DNA from: Macrostomum lignano
Taxonomy: Eukaryota
Direction: 5' to 3'
DNA length: 64,000 bases
Assembly (NCBI GenBank): GCA_002269645.1
Contig: NIVC01000445.1
Span: 248,001-312,000 of the forward strand
Every line of letters starts with the position of its first letter. Position 1 is the first letter of the stretch. This document shows, piece by piece, positions 25,992 to 36,050 of the stretch. The notes beneath the pieces are model-generated. The model had not been told where the DNA came from and searched no databases. It was given only the letters and a program-made list of their open reading frames with translations. A program made the translations under genes and the position numbers.

Positions 25992-26968
25992 AACCTACCG
26001 TGTCATGCAACGGGGTCAGAAGTACTTGGACGTGTACTTGTACATGTACATGTAGAGAAACAAGTATAAAATAACAGTTAAAGCATGTGAATTTGTTGTT
26101 CAGGCAAAAGTATGGAAAGCACAAAAAAAATCTAAAACGGGAAAATAAAACACTTGGCAAAAAAGGAACAAAATATGAAAAGAGAAAAAAATAAATCATC
26201 AGTCATTTGTCACCCATCATCTCATCACTTCAGCCCTGTCAGCACGTCCCTTGCATTGTTGCCAGTAGTATGGTCTTCTCTTGTGCAGTAGCCAGCTAAG
26301 CTGATGTGTTCAGCTGTTCCGTCATGCCGCTTACCTGCTGTGTGCAGATGTCGTTGTCTCTCCCCGGGTGGTGTCGGCGTCCCTTGAGGCGTGCCCAGCG
26401 CGGCTTGTGCCGGCCCGGAGGTTTTTGTCTGCGTGTTCGCAGTTGTCTTGCATCGTCATTCTAAGTTCTCATCCTTGCCATTTCTTTCCTTTTGTGTTTA
26501 TTCTGTTCACGCTCCCCATTAAATTTTTGTCTCGTTTTTGGGTTAGATAGTGTGCCTGTCGGGTGTCTGCTGTGTGTGTCTGGTGGGCGTGCGATGACAC
26601 CATAGCTGACCGACCGTCGAGCTGTGGCCGGCTCGGCAAATCCGTGCTCTTCCATGGATGACCTAAGCGCGCATTTTGAACTACTCAGTGACAAACAATT
26701 AATAAATACGCGCATCGCTTTTGCTTATTGTGACTTTTAATCCTTCAATACTCTCAATATATTGTTCTTCTAATGACTTGCTGCTTACCAAAATGTTATG
26801 TATTACCAATATTAATTGCGAATACTACTGTCCGTTATTGTCAGTTGCATCAATATTAACTACTTCGATTGTCTCGTTATTCGACTGTGAATTTGTGACC
26901 TTCTGTTGTTACTAATACTTAAATTCGGTTCGCATTTCGTATTCGTGCGGTGGTTAATCTATCTTTTT

Positions 26969-26981
26969 ATAGAGGGGCGAG
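26969..26981 (+). promoter_or_regulatory. Polypurine tract
   Basis: ATAGAGGGGCGAG immediately 5' of the 3' LTR. Confidence 0.8.
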
Positions 26982-27369
26982 TGTGACGACGTCGTTAGCA
27001 TCTTAAATTTTTAGTTTCTATGTGAGTTTTTATTACTTAAAATTATTGTAGTTGAGTAATTTGCAGGTTCCCCAGCTATTAATTTAATGTAATTTATTTA
27101 GAAAAAAATGTACTTTAAGTTTTATTTATTTAAGTCCAAGTTATTACTACTTTTTGATAGATATCTTAGGTTTAAATGAATCGGATTTCCCCGCCAATTT
27201 AAATGTTGCCTCGCGCTCGTTAATTGTACTTTCCTCTACTCGGCGTTTTGTCTCGTGCCCTGCGTGTCAACACTACTACTAATTGAACTAGCTAACGAAT
27301 AAATAATTAAATAAATGATTAATTAAATAATCGCTTACTAAATCTCGAACTCGCTACGTCTACGCCACA
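26982..27369 (+). repeat. 3' LTR (388 bp)
   Basis: Near-identical to 19074-19462. Confidence 0.97.
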
Positions 27370-28610
27370 ATGACGCTTCTAGGATTGTTTACATGACGCT
27401 TCAGGATTTTTACATGACGCTTCTATGATTGTTTCATGACGCTTCTATGATTGTTTACATGACGCTTCTATGATTTTTATATGACGCTTCTACGATTTTT
27501 GCAGGACGATTCTATGATTTTACATGACGCTTCTATGATTTTTACATGACGCTTCTATGATTGTTTACATGACGCTTCTGTGATTTTTTATGACGCTTCT
27601 TCATTTTTACATAACGCTTCTATGATTTTTACTTGACGCTTTTATGATTTTTTACATGACGCTACTATGATTTTTACATGACGCTACTATGATTGTTTAC
27701 ATGACGCTTCTATGATTTTTATACCACGCTTCTATGATTGTTTACATGACGCTTCTATGATTTTTTATATTACACTTCTATCATTTTTACATAACGCTTC
27801 TATGATTTTTTACATGACGCTTCTATGATTGTTTACATGACGCTTCTATGATTGTTTACATGACGCTTCTATGATTGTTTACATGACGCTTCTATGATTG
27901 TTTACATGACGCTTCTATGATTTTTACATGACGCTTCTATGATTTTTAAATGACGCTACTATGATTTTTACATGACGCTTTTATGATTTTTTATATGACG
28001 CTACTATGATTTTTACATGACGCTTTTATGAATTTTTACATGACGCTTCTCTGATTTTTTACATGACGCTTCTATGATTGTTTACATGACGCTTCTAGGA
28101 TTGTTTACATGACGCTTCTATGATTTTTACATGACGCTTCTATGATTGTTTCATGACGCTTCTATGACTGTTTACATGACGCTTCTATGATTTTTATATC
28201 ACGCTTCTATGATTGTTTACATGACGCTTCTATGATTTTTTATATTACACTTCTATCATTTTTACATAACGCTTCTATGATTTTTACATGACGCTACTAT
28301 GATTTTTACATGACGCTTTAATGATTTTTTACATGACGCTTCTATGATTTTTTACATGACGCTTCTATGATTTTTTACATGACGCTTCTATGATTTTTTA
28401 CATGACGCTTCTATGATTGTTTACATGACGCTTCTATGATTTTTACATGACGCTTCTATGATTTTTTACATGACGCTTCTATGATTGTTTACGTGACGCT
28501 TTAATGATTTTTTACATGACGCTTCTGATTGTTTCATGACGCTTCTATGATTTTTACATGACGCTTCTATGATTTTTTGCATGACGATTCTATGATTTTT
28601 TACATGACGC
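27370..28610. repeat. Satellite A array, right part
   Basis: Resumes in register after the TSD. Confidence 0.97.
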
Positions 28611-28661
28611 CTTTAGTCCTTTATTATTTTTTTAATAAAAGCTTTTAATAAAAAAATTTTC

Positions 28662-28722
28662 GCTACTAAGATTCGAACCCAGGTCGCTGCATTAGCAGTC
28701 CAGTCTGTTCACATCTAGGCTA
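28662..28722 (-). other. tRNA-derived Pol III promoter-like module in E4 (best-preserved copy)
   Basis: Minus strand TAGCCTAGATGTG...CTGGA-CTGCTAA-TGCAG-CGAC-CTGGG-TTCGAAT-CTTAG, then AAAATTTTTTT; Gln-type scaffold with a GCT loop; acceptor stem does not pair. Confidence 0.7.
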
Positions 28723-29355
28723 GATCTTATCGAATTTATAATTGAAATTGTAGCACTCATATAATTCAACACTCACTCACGAAGCAGTTATGACATAATC
28801 AATTTCCCAGGCAAGTCAGCATCAGTCTCAATTAAAGTTGAGAATATGGTTACGCAATCTAAATCAAGTCTGGTGCTACGCTTCCACACTGCATTTTCAA
28901 TACTGTGACGCAATTCAAGTTGGAGTTACAATTCAGTTATGATGCAATCTATTTCAGAATCAGAATTCAACCAGTCAGTTTTTTCTCTAGCATTCTTACA
29001 ATGCATTTCAAGTCGAAAAGTTTGCTTGACCTTTGCAAAAAAGCATGCTTTTCGAATATTTAATCGCTTTAACATGGAGCAATTTCTTAGCCAAGATGCA
29101 TGTACCGTCACGGGAAAATTTCTGATCGAACAGTGCAAGTTCGAAGAAAATCGGTCCAGCCATTTTTTCTCTAATCGATTGCGTACAAACAAGCAAGATT
29201 TTCATTTTTAGTATATAGGACTAGCAATCTTCGCCCCCCGATGGGGGACATCTGGATAGAATCTCTGTTTTCTACAAGTAACAAAAAGACAGCCAAAAAT
29301 CCTTCAAAAAGACAACAGACAAACTGCTCAAATGAAGTGCATTGCAAAAAGAAAT

Positions 29356-30886
29356 CATCCCAAGACTGCAAGCATCCCCCAGATAGCAAGCATCCCCTAG
29401 ATAGCAAGCATCCCCTAGATAGCAAGCATCCCCAAGATGGCAAGCATCCCCCAGATAGCAAGCATCCCCCAGATTGCAAGCATCCCCCAGATAGCAAGCA
29501 TCCCTCAGATAGCAAGCATCCCCCAGATAGCAAGCATCCCCCGGATAGCAAGCATCCCCCAGATTGCAAGCATCCCTCAGATAGCAAGCATCCCCCAGAT
29601 AGCAAGCATCCCCCAGATAGCAAGCATCCCCCAGATAGCAAGCATCCCCCAGATAGCAAGCATCCCCCAGATTACAAGCATCCCCCAGATAGCAAGCATC
29701 CCCCGGATAGCAAGCATCCCCCAGATAGCAAGCATCCCCCAGATAGCAAGCATCCCCCAGATAGCAAGCATCCCCCAGATAGCAAGCATCCCCCAGATAG
29801 CAAGCATCCCCAAGATAGCAAGCATCCCCCAGATAGCAAGCATCCCCAAGATAGCAAGCATCCCCCAGATTGCAAGCATCCCCCAGATAGCAAGCATCCC
29901 CAAGATAGCAAGCATCTCTCAGATAGCAAGCATCCCCCAGATAGCAAGCATCCCCCAGATAGCAAGCATCCCCAAGATAGCAAGCATCCCCAGATAGCAA
30001 GCATCCCCCAGATAGCAAGCATCCCCCAGATAGCAAGCATCCCCAAGATAGCAAGCATCCCCAAGATAGCAAGCATCCCCCAGATAGCAAGCATCCCCAA
30101 GATAGCAAGCATCCCCAAGATAGCAAGCATCCCCAGATAGCAAGCATCCCCAAGATAGCAAGCATCCCCCAGATTGCAAGCATCCCCCAGATAGCAAGCA
30201 TCCCCAAGATAGCAAGCATCCCTCAGATAGCAAGCATCCCCCAGATAGCAAGCAACCCCCAGATAGCAAGCAACCCCCAGATAGCAAGCATACCCCAGAT
30301 AGCAAGCATCCCCCAGATAGCAAGCAACCCCCAGATAGCAAGCATCCCCCAGATAGCAAGCATCCCCCAGATAGCAAGCATCCCCAGATAGCAAGCATCC
30401 CCAAGATAGCAAGCATCCCCAGATAGCAAGCATCCCCAAGATAGCAAGCATCCCCCAGATAGCAAGCATCCCCCAGATAGCAAGCATCCCCAAGATAGCA
30501 AGCATCCCTCAGATAGCAAGCATCCCCCAGATAGCAAGCATCCCCCAGATAGCAAGCATCCCCCAGATAGCAAGCATTCCCCAGATAGCAAGCATCCCCC
30601 AGATAGCAAGCATCCCCCAGATAGCAAGCATCCCCAGATAGCAAGCATCCCCCAGATAGCAAGCATCCCCAAGATAGCAAGCATCCCCAGATAGCAAGCA
30701 TCCCCAAGATAGCAAGCATCCCCCAGATAGCAAGCATCCCCCAGATAGCAAGCATCCCCAAGATAGCAAGCATCCCTCAGATAGCAAGCATCCCCCAGAT
30801 AGCAAGCATCCCCCAGATAGCAAGCATCCCCCAGATAGCAAGCATTCCCAAGATAGATAGCATCCCCAAATAGCAAGCATCCACCA
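29356..30886. repeat. Satellite C, 17-18-bp unit GATAGCAAGCATCCCCCA, about 85 copies
   Basis: Tandem periodicity. Confidence 0.97.
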
Positions 30887-30999
30887 GACAATATGTAGCT
30901 AGTGCGACAATTTCCTTAGCATTATAGCGGCTCCTTTAAAATTCGCTTACTTTTACGTTTGAAATTGTGTATCTTTTATGTTTAACAGGGTGGCTCTTT

Positions 31000-32880
31000 T
31001 ATGTTCTACGCTCGTACATGGTAACTCTTTTATGTTTGATACGGTGGCTTTTCAATGTCTGACATAGTGGCTCTTCTATGTTTGACATGGGGGCTCTTCT
31101 ATGTTTGACAAAGTGGCTTTTTAATGTTTGACATGGTGGCTCTATTATGTTTGACATGGTGGCTCTTTAATGTTCGAAATGGTGGCTCTTTAATGTTCAA
31201 AAAGGTGGCTCTTTTATGTTTGACATGGTGGCTCTTTAATGTTAGACAAAGTAGCTCTTTAATGTTTGACATGATGGCTCTTTAATGATAGACATGGTGG
31301 CTCTTTAATTTTTGACATGGTGGCTCTTTAATGTTAGACATGGTGGCTCTTTAATGTTCGACATAAAGTCACTTATATGTTTGACATGATGGCTCTTTTA
31401 TGTTTAACATGGTGGCTCTTTGATGTTTGACATGGTAGCTCTTTTATGTTCGACATGGTGGCTCTTTAATGTTCGACATGGTGGCTCTTTTATGTTCGAC
31501 ATGGTGTCGCTTCAATGTTTGACATGGAGTTACGTATATGTTTGACATGGTGGCTCTTTAATGTTTTACATGGTGGCACTTTCATGTTTGACCTGGTGGC
31601 TCTTAAATGTTTGACATGGTGGCTCTTTAATGTTTGACATGGTGTCTCTTTAACGTTTGACATGGAGTCATGTATATGTTTGACATGGTGGCTCTTTAAT
31701 GTTAGACATGGTGGCTCTTTTATGTTTTGCATGGTGGCTCTTTTATGTTCGACATGGTGTCTCTTCAATGTTTGACATGGAGTCATGTATATGTTTGACA
31801 TGGAGTCATGTATATGTCTGATATGGTAGCTCTTTAATGTTTTACATGGAGTCACCTATATGTTTCACATGGTGGCTATTTTATGTTTGACATGGTGGTT
31901 CTTAAATGTTCGACATGGTGGCTCTTTAATGTTTTACATGGTGGCACTTTCATGTTTGACCTGGTGGCTCTTTAATGTTTGACATGGTGGCTCTTTAATA
32001 TTTGACATGGTGGCCCTTTTATGTTCGACATGGTGGCTCTTTAATGTTTGACATGGAGTCATGTATATGTTTGACCTGGTGGCTCTTTAATGTTTGACAT
32101 GGTGGCTCTTTAATGTTTTATATGGTGGCACTTTCATGTTTGACCTGGTGGATCTTTAATGTTTGACATGGTGGCTTTTTAATATTTGACATGGTGGCAC
32201 TTTCATGTTTGACCTGGTGGGTCTTTAATGTTTGACATGGTACCTCTTTTATGTTCGACATGGTGGCTCTTTAATGTTTTACATGGTGGCTCTTTAATGT
32301 TTGACATGGTGGCTCTTTTATGTTTGACATGGTGGCTCTTTTATGTTCGACATGGTGGCTCTTTAATGTTTGATAAGGTGGCTCTTTAATGTTTAAAATG
32401 GTGGCTCTTCAATTTTCGAAATGGTGGCTGTTTTATGTTTGACATGGTGGCTCTTTAATGTTCGACATGGTGGCTCTTTAATGTTCTTAATGGTGTCTGT
32501 TTTATGTTTGACATGGCGGCTCTTTAATGTTTGACATGGTAACTCTTTTAGGTTTGAAATGGTGTCTCTTTAATGTTTGACATGGTGGCTTTTTAATGTT
32601 TGACATGGTGGCTTTTTAATGTTCGACATGGTGGCTCTTTTAGGTTTGAAATGGTGGCTCTTTAATGTTTGACATTGTGGCTCTTTAATGTTCGACATGG
32701 TGGCTCTTTAATGTTTGACATGGTAACTCTTTTATGTTTGATATGGTGGCTCTTTTATGTTCGACATGGTGGCTCTTTAATGTTCGACATGATGGCTCTT
32801 TTAGGTTTGAAATGGTGGCTCTTTAATGTTTGACATTGTGGCTTTTTAATGTTTGAAATGTTGGCTCTTTAATGTTTAGA
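31000..32880. repeat. Satellite B array in E5, about 80 copies
   Basis: Same 23-bp unit and the same diagnostic variant blocks as the E2 array. Confidence 0.95.
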
Positions 32881-32923
32881 ATTTTGTGTTTTTTAAGGTG
32901 TTTTAATAAAAAAAACATTTTTC

Positions 32924-32983
32924 ACTACTAAGATTCAAACCAAGGTCGCTACATTAGCATTCCAGTCTGTTTGCATCCCGCTA
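32924..32983 (-). other. tRNA-derived module in E5
   Basis: Homologous to 8722-8781; B box slightly degenerate (GGTTTGAATC). Confidence 0.6.
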
Positions 32984-34233
32984 TCTCTTTTCAATCGGAG
33001 AACTTGAATTGTGGCCCTTATAATAAATTCTTATAGCAAGTCGGTTAGAGTAAAAAGTTATGACATAATCAATTTCTCAGTCAGCCAGTATCAGTCTCAA
33101 TTCAAGTTAGCAATATGGTTACGCAATTTCAATGAAGTCTTGTGTGCGTTTCTGTGGCACTGTTTTCAACTTGTTGTGATGCAATCTTTATCACAATCGT
33201 AATTCAGCCAGTCAGTTTTTTCTCTAGCATTCTTCATTTCAAGTCAAAAATTTGGCTTGACCTTTGCAAAAAAGCATGTTTTTCGAATATTTAATCCCTT
33301 TTACATTGAGCAATTTCTTAGCCAAGATGCATGTACCGTCCCAGGAACATTTCTGATCGAATGGTGCAAGTTTGAAGAAAATCGGTTGAGCCATTTTTTC
33401 TGAAATCTATCGCATAGCTAGTTAGTTACAGACATTTCATTTTTAGTATATAGGACTGCTGTTTTTCTTGGAATTCCGAACTGATTCTGGTTCTGGAATT
33501 GGTAATATGAAAAGGCCCTAAGTTGCCAATATCGCTGGCGCCGGCGCGAAGGCTGCACAAATACGAACTAGCCTTAGCATGCTTAGCAAAATGCTGGTGC
33601 TGTTCGTTATTTTTCAGAGTTTTATTTTGAGGTCAAATCTTTTAACTGTGATTGAAAGAATATCGTGATTTGGTTTTAACAATGTTGGTTACCAGGGTGT
33701 ATTACTATTAATGTCAAATATTTAAGACTAATAACTAATGGGAATGGATTGTTTAATATAAATATGAATTAGGTATTGTATTGATATTGATGGATGGATT
33801 GCTATGGATTGAAAATATATATCGCAGTCTTACTGTATATAAGATACAAAGCTATATATGATATAGAATATCTTACATCTTTACTTTGACTATTGTACAG
33901 TAAAGCACAAAGGACAAAGGAGTTAATGATGGCCCATGGGTTTGATAACATGCAGAAATTACATAGCCATTGTCTCTGCTTGCAATTTCTTTCCCTAGGT
34001 AGGCCTAGTATTGTTCTAAATAAAATAGCTATTGTAAATGTAACACTAAATATATAATTATTAGTGCTCCGGCTTAGGCTTGCTTACTAAAGCTATGAAG
34101 TTTCTAAGAACGATACTAAATTTTCTTGATAAAAAATACATACATGCGCAATTTTTCCCCCTGATTTACACTGGCCATGCAACTTTTTGACCAAAAATTC
34201 GACTTACCTGTAAAAGAAACCTAACGCAATTTT

Positions 34234-34297
34234 GGGTAAACGGCAGGAGTAACTATGACTGTCTTATAAGGGTTAAATGCCTCGTCATCTAATTAGT
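34234..34297 (+). pseudogene. Isolated 64-nt 28S rRNA fragment (helix 69-71 region) with altered centre
   Basis: GGGTAAACGGCaGGAGTAACTATGACTgTCTTA...AAATGCCTCGTCATCTAATTAGT matches the conserved eukaryotic LSU sequence; TTAAGGTAGCC is replaced by TTATAAGGGTT; flanks are not rDNA. Confidence 0.8.
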
Positions 34298-34811
34298 ACT
34301 ACGTCTGTATTCTTTAGGCTGGGCATTTTTGCGACTTACCCCCTGGTCTACCACAATTTACGGTGGCCAGATCGGCCAGGTTGGCCAGCAGATGCGCATG
34401 TACGTAAAAGATATATCTATAGGCCTATCAAATTTAGATTCCTAATCTTTTTTGCTAATAACTATACGGTATACCTTTGAACAATATTTTGGATATAAAT
34501 AAGTTAATTTAGTCTTTGGCTAGCTTAGCCCTAAGGCTAAAAAAGTGAGTTTGATTTATAGTCAACACTTAGGGTTTACCATAGACTAGGCCTAGGCCAA
34601 TAATAAAGAAATGAAATCAATTTAGTCAAGTGCCACATATTTAAAGCCTTCTATGACTTGATTTTAGTCAAAGTGAATTTATTTATTTAGTCATTATGGC
34701 AGTATCTGCAGGCATTTGTACTCATTATCATTGAGCAGGACTAGCAAAAACTCATTGATGCCTTTATTTGCAATGCTGATTGGCAGTAAATAGCAAGATA
34801 GTTAAATATCC

Positions 34812-36050
34812 AGCTCCTAGACACTTTGTCATCTAACCACTTTGTCATCTTGATGACAAAATGACCATGGTTTTTGGATGCTTCCTTATATCAAAAAATT
34901 ATTAGTAAATCTAGATGACAAAGTGACCAAATTTTGAGGACACTTTGTCATGCCAAGATTTAGCAAGGCTATAAATTGTTATTCAATTGTTATTGTTATA
35001 AATTGTTACTCAATTAATTTAGTCTGTAAAATATAGGATTAAAATGCTCAGAGCATTTTCACCCCCTAAATGTGCGAAGCTGTACATGCATTTGTGTCTA
35101 TGAGTGCAACGTGCCAATTCTCCAACCAACTAACCATAGTGGCAGATCCAAGAAGGGTGCAGGTGCAGAGATGGTCACTTTACCCCTCAAGACTGAAGTG
35201 GCCAGCCTACTCCTACCCAGAATTTTATTTATAAATATAGTGCATGAAATCATATATGAGAAGCAAATACATGTAAGAAACAGCTAGTTTATAAGTGAAA
35301 ATGGCAGACATCTGCATTTTTGCTAAGAGCCAGTTAGCAAAAAACAGCAAGCGCTTCAAAGTTAGGATTTTTTGTTTTAACACTAATGATTTTGCCATTA
35401 ATGGAAGTTTAGATTTTCATTAATGGTGCCCAACACTGGAAACAGATTAAAGAGATTTTAACTGTCTTCTTTCCAGACAATTTTGAATCTTTTGGCAAAA
35501 ATGCGATCAAAATTGGTGAAGAATTGCAAGCTCTAGAGCATTATAGACATACAAACAAACAAACAAACAAACAAATATTGGAGATTTAGATTTAGAAGGA
35601 AAGGATCAAATTAATTCTGTAGTAATTTAAATGTATAGGTCATAATGCTATTCTCTTTGTGCTTTGTGAACTTTTTGATCTTTGTACCTACATGTAGCTA
35701 CAAATTATGGTATTTAACAACTATCTTTGTGGGTTGTGACTCCGCCATTGTCTGGTCCCAAGCCCAGAATGTGAAAGGAGGAGGGCTACATGTAGATACA
35801 TATACATGTATAATGTTTAATCTTTATATAGTTATATAGTTGCATGTACAAGTATACATGTTACATATAGCATAGTTTTTCATACAAAAAGTGGATAACA
35901 AAGTGTCTAGGGAGTAGATGACAAAGTGTCTAGGGAGTAGATGACGAAGTGTCCACATTAGTAATGTGGATAACAAAGTGGTAAGATGACAAAGTGTCCA
36001 ACAATAAGAATGGATGGCGAAGTGGTAAGATGACAAAGTGTCCAGGAACC
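34812..36050. mobile_element. Non-autonomous TIR DNA transposon (MITE-like, 1239 bp) with 8-bp TSD AAATATCC
   Basis: AAATATCC at 34804-34811 and 36051-36058; ~39-bp imperfect TIRs (AGCTCCTAGACACTTTGTCATCT vs GGTTCCTGGACACTTTGTCATCT); repeated subterminal ACTTTGTCATC motifs. Confidence 0.75.
35443..35597 (-). mobile_element. Solo 5'-terminal fragment of the E3-type Helitron nested in the MITE
   Basis: Homologous to 14570-14720 (ATTTTAACTGTCTTCTTTCCAGACAATTTTGAAT...CTCTAGAGC...GAGATTTAG), with an (AAAC)n expansion. Confidence 0.75.

Larger units (their letters stand above)
19074..27369 (+). mobile_element. Full-length Ty3/Gypsy LTR retrotransposon (8296 bp), 4-bp TSD ATGA
   Basis: TG...CA LTRs, PBS, PPT, single gag-pol ORF with PR-RT-RH-IN order; ATGA at 19070-19073 and 27370-27373. 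Confidence 0.97.
15086..29220 (-). mobile_element. Non-autonomous Helitron-like unit E4 (14135 bp including the nested Gypsy)
   Basis: 3' hairpin GCTCCCC-AAC-GGGGGGC plus GTAGATTG-CTAG (15086-15089); 5' TCCTATATACT at 29220; satellite-D-like relics, telomeric tract, satellite A, tRNA-like module. Confidence 0.75.
29221..33455 (-). mobile_element. Non-autonomous Helitron-like unit E5 (4235 bp), sister of E2
   Basis: 3' hairpin CCCCC-ATC-GGGGG(G)C plus CTAG at 29221-29224; 5' TCCTATATACT at 33455; satellites C and B; tRNA-like module 32924-32983. Confidence 0.75.

Noticed and set aside
27370-28722. Ty3-like targeting of the Gypsy element to the Pol III module
   Set aside because: The insertion is about 1.3 kb from the module, whereas Ty3 integrates within a few bases of the Pol III start; the shared tRNA-Gln theme is probably coincidence.
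28662-28730. Functional tRNA-Ser(GCT) gene
   Set aside because: Acceptor stem does not pair, D stem is poor, and there is no long variable arm; kept only as a tRNA-derived module.
29171-30891. Multiple long ORFs (DSKHPP, IASIPQ, GDACYL repeats)
   Set aside because: Translations of the 18-bp satellite C on both strands; frames shift at 17-bp variants.
33456-33460. Canonical A|TC host junction at the free Helitron 5' end
   Set aside because: The base preceding TC on the minus strand is G, not A, and no hairpin-CTAG precedes it. The A|T target rule is not confirmed here, which is a caveat for the Helitron model.
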